Assembly (NCBI GenBank): GCA_964014485.1
Contig: CAXHAT010000225.1
Coordinates: forward strand, 1-11,534
Reading direction: 5' to 3'
Length of the DNA: 11,534 nucleotides
From: an uncultured Deferribacteres bacterium
Lineage (GTDB): Bacteria; Zhuqueibacterota; Zhuqueibacteria; Zhuqueibacterales; Geothermadaptataceae
The notes beneath the pieces are model-generated. The model was not told the origin of the DNA and did not search any database. It saw only the letters and a program-made list of their open reading frames with translations. Below, in pieces: positions 1 to 9,039 of the stretch. How positions within the stretch are numbered: the stretch's first letter is position 1; each line of letters starts with the position of its first letter. The position numbers were made by a program, and so were the translations under genes.

Positions 1-51
1 ACTACAAGAACTCCAAACCCTGATGCTGTAGCTGAAAATCAGGCTGAATAG
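1..51 (+). CDS. possible 3' end of an upstream gene (TTRTPNPDAVAENQAE*)
   Basis: Frame 1 is open from base 1 to TAG at 49-51 and is followed by an AT-rich spacer and a strong palindrome. Too short to identify. Confidence 0.3.
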   Translation, partial: TTRTPNPDAVAENQAE

Positions 52-92
52 TCACAAAAAACCCAATTTAAATTGTTGTTAATAATTAAATT

Positions 93-122
93 AACCATTT
101 TACCGGCGCCGGTAAAATGGTT
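93..122. terminator. perfect 30-bp palindrome; candidate terminator hairpin or protein-binding site
   Basis: AACCATTTTACCGGC (93-107) and GCCGGTAAAATGGTT (108-122) are exact reverse complements with no spacer. There is no clear poly-U tail, so the function is uncertain. Confidence 0.45.
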
Positions 123-140
123 GGATAGTAGGGAAGTGCT

Positions 141-443
141 GTGGGAGCCTTTGAAATTCTGTTTTTGGTTATATCAACGATAGCGTTTTGCTTTTTGGCT
201 GGAGCAAACGTTATCTTGGCCCGTTTGATTTTTAGAGCGATGCGTGCGCCGGGCGGTTTCGAAGACAAACGAATAAGTCTCAAAAAACTCACGAAGCAGT
301 ACAAAAACAATGAAATCGAAGATGGATGGCTGAAAAAGCAAATGAAGTGGTTCTTATGGCGTCGGCGAGGATTTTATATTTTTCTGGGATTGACGCTTTT
401 CTTATTTCTGGCTTTTGCAATTCTAGCGGCAACGCTTGAATAA
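141..443 (+). CDS. hypothetical small membrane protein (two predicted TM helices around a basic loop)
   Basis: 100-aa ORF with a GTG start after a purine-rich GTAGGGAAG. Hydrophobic runs FEILFLVISTIAFCFLAGANVILA and FYIFLGLTLFLFLAFAILAA flank a K/R-rich loop. The stop converges on trpA with a 23-nt gap. Confidence 0.7.
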   Translation: MGAFEILFLVISTIAFCFLAGANVILARLIFRAMRAPGGFEDKRISLKKLTKQYKNNEIEDGWLKKQMKWFLWRRRGFYIFLGLTLFLFLAFAILAATLE

Positions 444-466
444 GAAACGACCTCAATCTCAAAGAT

Positions 467-1264
467 TCAAACCGTCAAGGCCGATTTGATTTGTCTCAAA
501 AAATCGCCGACAACGTCACGCGCTTTTTCTAAATTTTCATTTTGAGCGATCAAGTTGATAATCGCGCTGCCGATAATGACGCCGTCGGCATGTTGCGACA
601 GTGAACGCGCCGTTTCCGCATTAGACACGCCAAATCCAACCAGAATCGGGTGCGAAGTTTCTTCGGCCAAATTGTTCAAGTAAGAAACTGTCGTCTGCGG
701 TAATTTTTTGCGTGCGCCAGTAATTCCCGTCAGCGAGACGGCATAGATGAAACTGGTTGTTTTTTCAGCGATTAAGGCAATACGCCCCGGCGACGTATTC
801 GGGGAAACGAGATAAACCAGCGACTGCCCGGCGGCGTTCATTTTTTTCCGCACCTCCTCAGCTTCTTCCGGAGGCAAGTCCGGCACAATGTAACCGTCGA
901 TTCCAGCGGTCTTTGCACGCTCGAGCAAACGCTTCCAGCCAAATTGCATGAACGGGTTGGCGTAGCCCATCAGGATGAGCGGGATTTTTGAAGTTCGTTT
1001 GAACTCTTCCGCGATGTCCAGCGTTTTTTGCAAAGTCATGCCGTTTTGCAGCGCTTGAAAAGAAGCGGCTTGAATGGTCGGACCGTCCGCTTGCGGATCG
1101 CTGAACGGCACGCCAAGCTCGATCAGATCGGCTCCGGCTTGTTCGATGGTTTGCAAAAGCGGCAGCGTCGCCCCGGCGTTTGGAAATCCCGCCGTGAGAT
1201 AGATCGAAAGAATTTTATCGCCGTTCTCTCGTTTTTTCGCCAAAAAATCTTGTAAAAAAGTCAC
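467..1264 (-). CDS. trpA: tryptophan synthase alpha subunit
   Basis: Motifs [43 protein letters not shown] and DGVIIGSA; 265 aa. The GTG start overlaps the trpB stop (GTGA). Confidence 0.97.
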   Translation of the reverse strand: MTFLQDFLAKKRENGDKILSIYLTAGFPNAGATLPLLQTIEQAGADLIELGVPFSDPQADGPTIQAASFQALQNGMTLQKTLDIAEEFKRTSKIPLILMGYANPFMQFGWKRLLERAKTAGIDGYIVPDLPPEEAEEVRKKMNAAGQSLVYLVSPNTSPGRIALIAEKTTSFIYAVSLTGITGARKKLPQTTVSYLNNLAEETSHPILVGFGVSNAETARSLSQHADGVIIGSAIINLIAQNENLEKARDVVGDFLRQIKSALTV

Positions 1265-2478
1265 TCCGTCGCCTCCGATTTCATGGCTTGCATCACTGTG
1301 TTCATATCTTTGTCCCCGCGCCCGGAAAGGCAGACGACCAGCGTTTCATCGGAGCGCATTTTCTTGGCCAAATCTACCGCGTAAGCCACTGCGTGCGCCG
1401 ATTCGAGCGCAGGAATGATGCCTTCCGTCTGCGAAAGAATCGCCATGGCTTGCAGCGCCTGTTCGTCCGTTACCGAATCGTAAATCACGCGACCTTCGTC
1501 TTTCAACCAGGAATGCTCCGGCCCGACCGCCGGATAATCAAGCCCGGCGGAAATGGAATGTACGTCCGCCACTTGCCCGTCGCCGTCCTGGATCAGGTAG
1601 GTTTTCATGCCGTGCAAAACGCCGTGCGTGCCGTAGCTCAACGTCGCGGAATGTTCGCCCAACCCGGCACCCTTGCCGCCCGCTTCCACGCCAAAAAGTT
1701 TGACGCTTTCATCATTCACGAATGGATAAAACATGCCCATCGCATTCGAGCCGCCGCCCACGCAAGCGACAACTGCGTCCGGCAAACGACTTTCAAGTTC
1801 CAGGTGCCGGGCGCGCGTTTCTTCGCCGATCACTTTTTGAAAATCACGCACAATCATCGGGTACGGGTGCGGCCCGACGACGGAGCCGATGCAATAAAAT
1901 GTGTCTTCAACGTTGGTCACCCAATCGCGAATCGCTTCATTGACTGCGTCTTTCAACGTGCGGCTGCCGGAAGTCACCGGCGTAACCTTTGCGTTCAGCA
2001 ATTCCATGCGAAAGACGTTCAGTTGCTGACGCACCGTGTCTTCCTCGCCCATGTAAACAATGCATTCCATGTCGAATTTTGCCGCCACGGTCGCCGTCGC
2101 CACGCCGTGTTGCCCTGCGCCGGTCTCGGCGATAATGCGCTTTTTTCCCATGCGCCTGGCCAGCAACAATTGTCCGACGACGTTGTTGATTTTATGCGCG
2201 CCGGTGTGGTTCAAATCCTCGCGTTTCAGGTAAATTTTAGCGCCGCCCGCGAATGCCGTCAAACGATCCGCCAAAGTGAGCGGGCTGGGCCGTCCGGCAT
2301 ATTCTTGCAGGTAATATTCGAATTCTTGCTGAAACGCCGGGTCGTTTTTCGCGACGTTGTATTCTTGCTCCAATTCGGAGATGGCCGGAATGAGAATCTC
2401 CGGCACAAATTTGCCGCCGAACTCGCCGAACCTGCCGCGTGCGTCAGGCCAGGGGGAATTTTTCGTCTGGTTTTGCAT
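1261..2478 (-). CDS. trpB: tryptophan synthase beta subunit
   Basis: PLP-lysine motif [16 protein letters not shown], plus [21 protein letters not shown] and SGRGDKD. The start is placed at ATG 2478 (MQNQ...[12 protein letters not shown]) rather than at the ORF-track start 2514. Confidence 0.97.
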   Translation of the reverse strand: MQNQTKNSPWPDARGRFGEFGGKFVPEILIPAISELEQEYNVAKNDPAFQQEFEYYLQEYAGRPSPLTLADRLTAFAGGAKIYLKREDLNHTGAHKINNVVGQLLLARRMGKKRIIAETGAGQHGVATATVAAKFDMECIVYMGEEDTVRQQLNVFRMELLNAKVTPVTSGSRTLKDAVNEAIRDWVTNVEDTFYCIGSVVGPHPYPMIVRDFQKVIGEETRARHLELESRLPDAVVACVGGGSNAMGMFYPFVNDESVKLFGVEAGGKGAGLGEHSATLSYGTHGVLHGMKTYLIQDGDGQVADVHSISAGLDYPAVGPEHSWLKDEGRVIYDSVTDEQALQAMAILSQTEGIIPALESAHAVAYAVDLAKKMRSDETLVVCLSGRGDKDMNTVMQAMKSEATE

Positions 2479-3118
2479 GACTTCCGTCACTTCTAAATGC
2501 CTCAATTTGCTCAAAAAGTTGTTTCAATTTTTCGTGATCTTTGATTCCCGGCGCGGACTCCACACCGCTGTTGACGTCGACGGCGTAGGGCGTCGCTTGC
2601 TTCACAGCGGTACGTATATTTTGTGGTGAAAGCCCGCCGGCGAGGATGACTTTCCCGTGCACCCCAGCTTTAGAAGCTTTTCGCCAATCGAGCGTTTTCC
2701 CTGTGCCGCCGTACGCGCCTTTTTTGTAGCCGTCCAGGAGAAATGCGCTCAAAACACGTTGGTATTTTTCAAACCGCGAGAAATCGAATTGCGGATCGAT
2801 ATTGAAAGCGCCAACGATGGGCAAATCGGAGAAATGCGTCAAGCCCTCAGGCGAAAAATTTCCGTGAATCTGCAGAACGTCCAGCCCGATTGTCGAGGCA
2901 ATTTTCTCCGCCTCGTTTTTTGCAGGCGTGACGAAAACGCCGACGCGTGCGACATGCTCGGGCAGCTCCTTCGCGATCTTGCTTGCTTTTTCCGGAGTAA
3001 CGCAGCGCGGACTCTTTTGATAAAAGATGAAACCGACGGCGTCAGCCCCGAGCTCGCAAGCAAGGAGGGCGTCTTTTTCACGAGTTATGCCGCACACTTT
3101 GACGCGAAGTTTTTCCAT
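2444..3118 (-). CDS. trpF: phosphoribosylanthranilate isomerase
   Basis: Motifs [36 protein letters not shown] and [16 protein letters not shown]. The likely start is ATG 3118 ([10 protein letters not shown]). The gene overlaps the trpB start by 35 nt. Confidence 0.95.
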   Translation of the reverse strand: MEKLRVKVCGITREKDALLACELGADAVGFIFYQKSPRCVTPEKASKIAKELPEHVARVGVFVTPAKNEAEKIASTIGLDVLQIHGNFSPEGLTHFSDLPIVGAFNIDPQFDFSRFEKYQRVLSAFLLDGYKKGAYGGTGKTLDWRKASKAGVHGKVILAGGLSPQNIRTAVKQATPYAVDVNSGVESAPGIKDHEKLKQLFEQIEAFRSDGSHAKPDEKFPLA

Positions 3119-3172
3119 TTGCGAGTGTTTCAAAAATCGGAGTTACAATCAAGAGCGCATTAAATCGCCGCC

Positions 3173-3201
3173 ATAATAGGACGCCGCAATACGAAATGCA
3201 A
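3173..3201 (-). promoter_or_regulatory. sigma70-like promoter for trpFBA
   Basis: The minus strand reads TTGCAT-N17-TATTAT (-35 at 3201-3196, -10 at 3178-3173), about 55 nt upstream of the trpF ATG. Confidence 0.6.
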
Positions 3202-3227
3202 CTTTTTCAAAAGAATTTCTGAGTAAG

Positions 3228-3314
3228 TTGTTGAAAAAATTTACGAACTTTGCCGGAACCAATTGTTTAATCGACTCGCCAACAACAGCAGCCGCAGCAT
3301 CGTTTTTTCGACAA
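3228..3314. repeat. degenerate inverted repeat (TTGTTGAAAAAA ... TTTTTTCGACAA), possible MITE-like remnant
   Basis: Arms 3228-3239 and 3303-3314 match 11/12 as reverse complements. The arms are low complexity, so a chance match is possible. Confidence 0.3.
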
Positions 3315-3377
3315 ACATTTGCAACGTGCCCTGAAGAACCTTAACGCGTCATCGACTCCATTTTTTTGTTTCAAAAC

Positions 3378-3391
3378 GTTCGCGCTCGAAC
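3378..3391. promoter_or_regulatory. palindromic site GTTCG-N4-CGAAC; candidate upstream activator (bEBP) site
   Basis: Dyad GTTCG CGCT CGAAC lies ~80-90 nt upstream of a sigma54-like -24/-12 element in front of the permeases. Confidence 0.4.
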
Positions 3392-3468
3392 ACTTGCTGT
3401 TGCGTTAATGTATACTCCCGCTTGAAAAAAATTGCTTCCCATTGTTGTTCTTTGCTCAAATCGAATAC

Positions 3469-3484
3469 TGGCTCGCTTTTTGAA
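3469..3484 (+). promoter_or_regulatory. sigma54-like -24/-12 promoter for the ABC permeases
   Basis: TGGCTC-GCTTT-TTGAA versus consensus TGGCAC-N5-TTGCW. The 12-nt GG-to-G spacing is correct, but -12 reads GA instead of GC. It ends 52 nt before ATG 3537. Confidence 0.45.
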
Positions 3485-3536
3485 ATTATCGTCCAGACGT
3501 CTCCCGCGATTCATTTTGCCCCAAAAGGATTGAGCC

Positions 3537-5975
3537 ATGATTAGAAACTACCTCAAAATCGCTTGGCGCAATATTCGGAAACACAAGCTCTACGCCGCAA
3601 TCAACACGCTCGGCCTAGCCACCGGCATCGCGTGCTGCCTGCTCATTCTGCTGCACGTGCAAGACGAGCTGAGCTTCGACGGCTTTCACCAAAACGCCGA
3701 CAACATTTATCGCGTCCTCGAAACGCGCGACCGTCCGGGGCAGGGCGAGTTCGTCAGCACCTACACCATGGGCGCGGCGGGCCCGGCGATGACGGCGGAC
3801 TTGCCGGAAGTGCAAGATCATGTGCGCCTCTTTCAGGGCTGGCGCTTGACGATCAAGAACGACGAGCCCGGCCTGATCATGCGCAATTACTTCCTGGCCG
3901 ATCATTCATTTTTTAATATTTTCGATTTCGCAATGCGCGACGGCGACGCGCGCACTGCGTTGAGCGAACCAAATTCGGTTGTGCTCACAGCGCCATTGGC
4001 GAAAAAATTGTTCGGCAATGAAAACCCCGTCGGCAAGACGCTGAAAGTGGAAGCGGAAGATTTTCCGGAATTTGGCGAGCCGCCGTTCCTTGTCACCGGC
4101 GTGCTGGAGGAATTGCCCCACAATTCTCATCTGCAATTCGAATTGCTCGTCTCCCTGAACACCGTAAATCGCTTCGAGGGCTGGAAAAACTATTTGAGTT
4201 CCTGGAGCAGCGGATTTGTCATCAATTATATTCTCACCACTCCCGCCGCAACGTTAGACAAGCTCAACGCCCACATCGAAACGCTCAACCAGAAGCACCG
4301 CGAGCCGGAAGTTGCGAATGCGCGCAAGCTTTCCGTGCAGCCGTTCCGCGACATTCATTTTCATTCCGCGCACATTCAGGGCGAAATAAATGCAAACGAA
4401 GGCGAACTCAATTATGTCTACATTTTTGCGGCGATTTCGTTTTTTATCCTGCTCATCGCCTGCATAAATTACATGAATCTCGCCACCGCGCGTTCGATGC
4501 GGAGGGCAAAAGAAATCGGATTACGCAAAGTCGTCGGTGCGGAGAAAAAGCAATTGATCGCGCAATTTCTCGGCGAATCGATTCTGACCTGCGTCGTGGC
4601 CTTTTTCCTGGCGATTGGCTTGATTGAATTAATCCAGCCGTTGCTGCCCGAAATCGCGGGCAAGAGTCTGTCGTTTACGAGCCAGATCAGCGGCTCCCTC
4701 TTGCTGGCGATGTTCGCGCTGGTCGTTTTCATTGGCCTGATTTCCGGCGCGTACCCGGCGTTTTATTTATCGCGTTTTCAAGCGATTTCTATTTTTAGAG
4801 AAAAAGTGCGCGGAGGGTTTGGCGAGAGCGTTTTTCGCCGCATTTTGGTCGTCACACAATTTTCGCTGTCGATCATCATGATCGCCGCGACATTGGTCGT
4901 CTTCAATCAACTCGAATTTATTCAGGATAAAAAATTGGGCTTTGATCAGGAGCGGCTCGCGGTGATCGACATTAACCACGACGACGTGCAGAGCAATTTT
5001 CTGGCGGTCAAAACCGAGCTTCAGCGCGTCCCCGGCGTGCAAAGCGTCGCTGTCTCCTCGCGCGTGCCCGGCGATTGGAAAAATTTCCGCAGCATAAACG
5101 TCACGTTAGCCAGTGCCGCCGAGGACGAAACCACGCGCATGTTTTTCAATGGCGTTGACGAAGGTTTCCTGCAAACCTACAAAATCAATTTGCTGCAAGG
5201 CCGAAATTTCTCGCGCCAGCTCGCTTCGGACACGGCGGCGGTCATTCTGAACGAAACAGCGGCGAAGCAATTGTTCACGGACTCGCCGATAGACCAAATT
5301 ATCGAAGTTCCGTCCAACGAATTCGTCGGGCACGTTATCGGCGTGATTGAAGATTTTCATTTTCATTCGCTGCACTCGAAAATCGAGCCGATGGTGCTGG
5401 GTTTTATGCCCAACGGCGGCAGACATCCGATTCACGGCATCGATTATTTTACCCTGCGTTTAAGCGGCACGAATCTTTCCGAGACCATCGCTCAAATCGA
5501 TCGCGTTCACGCACAATTCGACCCCGTCAATCCGATGGAGTTGGCTTATCTGCAGGATTGGCTCCGCAACAGCTACGACAAAGATGCACGCATCGGCAGT
5601 CTGTTTGGCTTGGCGGCGGGGCTGGCGATTGTCATCGCCAGCATCGGCCTTCTCGGCCTGGCCGCGTTTATGGCGGAACAACGCACGAAAGAAATCGGTG
5701 TGCGCAAAGTGCTTGGCGCCACGGTTTCGCGCATCATGGTTTTGCTTTCGAAGGATTTCGCCCTGCTCGTCGTTATTGCCAATCTGATCGCCTGGCCTGT
5801 CGCCTGGTTCGCAATGAATCAATGGCTGCAAGGCTTTGCCTACCGCATCGATCTCGGCCTGAGCGTCTTTGCCGCCTCGGGATTACTGGCGCTTTTGACG
5901 GCACTGCTCACCGTCAGCGTCCAGGCCGTCCGCGCCGCCGTGGCGAATCCGGTGGATGCGTTGAAGTACGAATAA
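3537..5975 (+). CDS. ABC transporter permease, MacB/FtsX type (duplicated MacB_PCD + FtsX domains)
   Basis: 812 aa. N-terminus MIRNYLKIAWRNIRKHK; internal LIACINYMNLATARSMRRAKEIGLRKVVGA, RRILVVTQFSLS, DFHFHSLH and EQRTKEIGVRKVLGA; C-terminus ANPVDALKYE. Confidence 0.93.
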   Translation: MIRNYLKIAWRNIRKHKLYAAINTLGLATGIACCLLILLHVQDELSFDGFHQNADNIYRVLETRDRPGQGEFVSTYTMGAAGPAMTADLPEVQDHVRLFQGWRLTIKNDEPGLIMRNYFLADHSFFNIFDFAMRDGDARTALSEPNSVVLTAPLAKKLFGNENPVGKTLKVEAEDFPEFGEPPFLVTGVLEELPHNSHLQFELLVSLNTVNRFEGWKNYLSSWSSGFVINYILTTPAATLDKLNAHIETLNQKHREPEVANARKLSVQPFRDIHFHSAHIQGEINANEGELNYVYIFAAISFFILLIACINYMNLATARSMRRAKEIGLRKVVGAEKKQLIAQFLGESILTCVVAFFLAIGLIELIQPLLPEIAGKSLSFTSQISGSLLLAMFALVVFIGLISGAYPAFYLSRFQAISIFREKVRGGFGESVFRRILVVTQFSLSIIMIAATLVVFNQLEFIQDKKLGFDQERLAVIDINHDDVQSNFLAVKTELQRVPGVQSVAVSSRVPGDWKNFRSINVTLASAAEDETTRMFFNGVDEGFLQTYKINLLQGRNFSRQLASDTAAVILNETAAKQLFTDSPIDQIIEVPSNEFVGHVIGVIEDFHFHSLHSKIEPMVLGFMPNGGRHPIHGIDYFTLRLSGTNLSETIAQIDRVHAQFDPVNPMELAYLQDWLRNSYDKDARIGSLFGLAAGLAIVIASIGLLGLAAFMAEQRTKEIGVRKVLGATVSRIMVLLSKDFALLVVIANLIAWPVAWFAMNQWLQGFAYRIDLGLSVFAASGLLALLTALLTVSVQAVRAAVANPVDALKYE

Positions 5976-6029
5976 TTCTATTAACTAATGTAACGCAACT
6001 GGCTTTGAAATACAAACACGAATCCGAAC

Positions 6030-6099
6030 GTCATACCCGCGGAGGCGGGTATCCAGAAAATGGCGCCGACTGCTGGATACCCGCCTCCGCGGGTATGAC
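6030..6099. repeat. dRS3/REP-like doublet: perfect 27-bp inverted repeat, each arm itself a hairpin
   Basis: GTCATACCCGCGGAGGCGGGTATCCAG (6030-6056) and CTGGATACCCGCCTCCGCGGGTATGAC (6073-6099) are exact reverse complements with a 16-nt spacer. Each arm contains ATACCC-N8-GGGTAT, similar to the dRS3 consensus ATTCCC-N8-GGGAAT. Confidence 0.85.
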
Positions 6100-6163
6100 A
6101 CAAGGGCGCGTTTTGGGACAAAGCGCGTAGCGTCTGTTATTAATCACTTTTACGGGAAGAGTC

Positions 6164-8578
6164 ATGTTCAAAAACTACCTCAAAATCGCGCTGCGCAACC
6201 TACGCAAGCACAAAACTTATTCGGCGATCAACATCACGGGCTTGGCGATTGGGCTGGCGGCTTCGCTGCTTATTCTCTTGCACGTGCAGGACGAACTCAG
6301 CTTCGACGGTTTTCACACGAAAGCCGACCGAATTCACCGGGTTGGATTCAAGTTTTTGCAAAGCGGAAACTGGATGGAATCCGGCACCAACGGCTGGGTG
6401 ATTGGCGACGTTCTTGAAAACCAATTCTCTGAAATCGAGCAGGTCGTGCGCATCATGCCGTCGCGCGGCGTTATCGGATTCGAAGAAAAACGTTTTCAGG
6501 AAAACGGCCTTGCTTATGTCGGCGAGGATTTCTTCGAGATGTTCTCCTTCCCGCTTCTCCAGGGCGACTCGCAGCAAGTTCTCCGTGAACCGAACACCGT
6601 CGTGCTCAGCGCAGCCATGGCGAAAAAATACTTTGGCGCGCAAAACCCAATCGGCAAAACGCTGGATTTTAATGACGGCCGCCTGCAACTGACCGTCACC
6701 GGCGTAATGGCTGACATGCCGCAAAACTCACACTTCCGTTTTGACGCATTAATCTCAAACGCAAGACTCCGTCAGAACGCCTCGAAGCCGTTTCTCACCA
6801 ATCCCGGCTGGACGACGCAGTGGATTTACCTGACGCTCAACGAACATGCCGACCCGAATCATCTCACGGCGCAATTCCCCGCGCTGATCGATGCGCATTT
6901 CCGTCCGATGTTTACCCCGGACATTTATGAACTTGTCTTGCAGCCGCTGCCCGATATTTATCTCGACTATAAAATCAGCGACGCGATTGGCCCGCGCGGC
7001 GACCGGCGGCAGGTCTTTATTTTTTTGATGATCGCGATTGTTCTCGTTCTGATTGCGTGCGTCAATTATATGAACCTGGCCACGGCGCGTTCGGCGGACA
7101 GAGCGCGCGAAGTCGGTATGCGAAAAGTCCTCGGCGCGGAAAAAAAGCAGGTCGTTCGGCAATTTCTCATCGAGTCCACCCTGCTGACGTTCTTCGCGCT
7201 GTTGATCGCGCTGGTTGCAGCCGAATTGGCGCTGCCGACTTATAACGCCTTTACCAACAAATCATTGACGATCGATTTACTCGGTGATTTCGAAACGTTC
7301 GCGTTGTTTATCTCGCTCGCCCTTTTGCTCGGCGTATTTTCCGGCAGCTACCCGGCCTTTTTTCTCTCCGCGTTTCAACCGACAAAGATTTTGCATGGCC
7401 GGTTTTCAGATCGGATGCACGCGAAATCGCTGACCGCCTTGCGCCTGCGACGCATCTTGGTGGTGGCGCAATTTTCCCTGTCCATCATTCTCATGATCGC
7501 CAGCGCGACGATCTTCGACCAGCTCGGGTTTTTGCGCAACAAGGCGCTGGGCTACAACAAAGACCAATTGGTGTTTGTGCCCATGCAGACGCTCCCGCGC
7601 GCGCAACTTGAATCGCTAAAAGCTGAATTTCTCGCCGACAGCCGCATTCTTGACGTCGGCGCATCGAACATTCGGATTCCCGGCGCGCTGGAAAGCACAA
7701 CGTTTTACACCGCCGAAGGTCTCACCATCGATCCAAACAAAAAACCGTCGATGAAGCAGGTTCTTGTCGATCTGGGTTTTTTCAAAACGCTTGAGGTCGA
7801 TTTTGTCGAAGGGCGAGGCTTTTCCAGCGCTTTTCCTTCAGACACTTCGGACGCTGTAATCCTCAACCGGGCGGCGGCGGAACAGGTTGGGTGGGATGAG
7901 CCGATTGGCAAATGGTTTGAAGCTGCTTCGATTGCCGGCGGCCCGCGACGAGGACGCGTCATCGGCGTCACGGAAAATTTTCATTTCGAATCTTTGCACT
8001 CTGAAGTCAAGCCAATTGTTTTTTACGTCTACCCGTCGTGGACTTCCTGGCTCTACCTGCGCATTCAGGGCGATGATTTGCCCGGCGCTTTGGAGCACAT
8101 TGAAAACACCTACGCAGCATTCGTCCAGGATCGTGAATTTACGTTTTCCTTCGTCGATGATGACATCGGCAAGCTTTATCAGAATGAGCGGAAATTTTTG
8201 CAAGTCTTCACATTTTTCACCGTTTTGGCGCTTGTTATCGCGGGCTTGGGCATGCTTGGTCTCTCCGCTTTTGCAGCCGCGAGTCGCACCAAAGAAATCG
8301 GCGTCCGCAAAGTTCTCGGCGCTTCAACGGCCAACGTTATGGCGCTGCTCTCCAAAGATTTCATCAAGCTTGTTCTTCTGGCCAATCTGATCGCCTGGCC
8401 GTTAGCGTGGTTTGCAATGGACAAATGGCTGGAAAACTTTGCCTATCGCACCGACTTGGGGCCGGGCCTCTTCGCCGCGGCCGGCGCCCTCGCTCTCGTA
8501 ACCGCACTGATGACCGTCAGCGTCCAGGCAATCCGCGCCGCCGTTTCGAATCCGGTGGATGCTTTGAAGTATGAGTAA
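6164..8578 (+). CDS. ABC transporter permease, MacB/FtsX type (tandem paralogue)
   Basis: 804 aa. N-terminus MFKNYLKIALRNLRKHK; internal LIACVNYMNLATARSADRAREVGMRKVLGA, LRRILVVAQFSLS, NFHFESLH and RTKEIGVRKVLGA; C-terminus SNPVDALKYE. RBS GGGAAGAG upstream. Confidence 0.93.
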   Translation: MFKNYLKIALRNLRKHKTYSAINITGLAIGLAASLLILLHVQDELSFDGFHTKADRIHRVGFKFLQSGNWMESGTNGWVIGDVLENQFSEIEQVVRIMPSRGVIGFEEKRFQENGLAYVGEDFFEMFSFPLLQGDSQQVLREPNTVVLSAAMAKKYFGAQNPIGKTLDFNDGRLQLTVTGVMADMPQNSHFRFDALISNARLRQNASKPFLTNPGWTTQWIYLTLNEHADPNHLTAQFPALIDAHFRPMFTPDIYELVLQPLPDIYLDYKISDAIGPRGDRRQVFIFLMIAIVLVLIACVNYMNLATARSADRAREVGMRKVLGAEKKQVVRQFLIESTLLTFFALLIALVAAELALPTYNAFTNKSLTIDLLGDFETFALFISLALLLGVFSGSYPAFFLSAFQPTKILHGRFSDRMHAKSLTALRLRRILVVAQFSLSIILMIASATIFDQLGFLRNKALGYNKDQLVFVPMQTLPRAQLESLKAEFLADSRILDVGASNIRIPGALESTTFYTAEGLTIDPNKKPSMKQVLVDLGFFKTLEVDFVEGRGFSSAFPSDTSDAVILNRAAAEQVGWDEPIGKWFEAASIAGGPRRGRVIGVTENFHFESLHSEVKPIVFYVYPSWTSWLYLRIQGDDLPGALEHIENTYAAFVQDREFTFSFVDDDIGKLYQNERKFLQVFTFFTVLALVIAGLGMLGLSAFAAASRTKEIGVRKVLGASTANVMALLSKDFIKLVLLANLIAWPLAWFAMDKWLENFAYRTDLGPGLFAAAGALALVTALMTVSVQAIRAAVSNPVDALKYE

Positions 8579-8698
8579 ATTCGTCCTCGATTTCACTTGC
8601 TTTGGTTAATCAAGCTAAGACGAATTTTGTTTTACTGACGAAAGATGTATATTATTTTGAAAACGGTGCATGGACAAATTCATGGAAACATTATTGAC

Positions 8699-8953
8699 AT
8701 GAAAACGCAACAAATCGTGATCGACGTTCCGGAGCATGTTTTATTGGCGGAGAAAACAAGCGCGCATTCGTTTGGGGACGAATTGCGCCTTCTCGCCGCC
8801 GTGAAATTTTATGAACTCGGTCGTTTGTCCTCCGGGTGGGCGGCGGATTTGGCTGGTTTATCACGCGTCGAGTTCTTGCTGTCGCTCAAAAAATTCAACG
8901 TTTTCCCGCTGGAATCTGAGTTATCAGAGCTGGAAAAACCCAATGCCTTCTGA
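8699..8953 (+). CDS. UPF0175-family putative antitoxin (copy 1)
   Basis: 84 aa from ATG 8699, the start shared with copy 2. ELRLLAAVKFYELGRLSSGWAADLAGLSRVEFLLSL matches the UPF0175 HTH-like signature (LYELGRLSSGxAAELAGxSRxEFL). Confidence 0.85.
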   Translation: MKTQQIVIDVPEHVLLAEKTSAHSFGDELRLLAAVKFYELGRLSSGWAADLAGLSRVEFLLSLKKFNVFPLESELSELEKPNAF

Positions 8954-8969
8954 GTAACTCTTCGTGAGA

Positions 8970-9039
8970 GTAACGCAGACATCCTTGTCTGCAAGTTTAA
9001 ACGAAAGCTTTGACTCGCAGATAAGGTTGTCTGCGCTAC
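8970..9039. repeat. GTAG-type REP doublet (REPIN-like), copy 1
   Basis: GTAACGCAGACATCCTTGTCTGC (8970-8992) and GCAGATAAGGTTGTCTGCGCTAC (9017-9039; reverse complement GTAGCGCAGACAACCTTATCTGC). Each has a GTAR tetranucleotide followed by a short palindrome, in inverted orientation. Confidence 0.75.

Noticed and set aside
1288..2496. 402-aa ORF antisense to trpB
   Set aside because: Shadow ORF arising from trpB codon bias; no recognisable motifs and atypical composition.
5558..6130. 190-aa alternative-frame ORF ending ...WIPASAGMT...
   Set aside because: Overlaps the permease, and the WIPASAGMT peptide is simply the translated dRS3-like repeat.
8577..8627. AAATTCGTC / GACGAATTT inverted repeat after permease 2 as a terminator
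   Set aside because: Only a 9-bp AT-rich stem with a 33-nt loop; too weak to call.
8645..8698. N-terminal extension of UPF0175 copy 1 in the ORF track
   Set aside because: Copy 2 starts at the ATG equivalent to 8699 and the extension begins outside the repeat; the region more likely holds a promoter (TTGTTT-N17-TATTAT, 8627-8655, weak).
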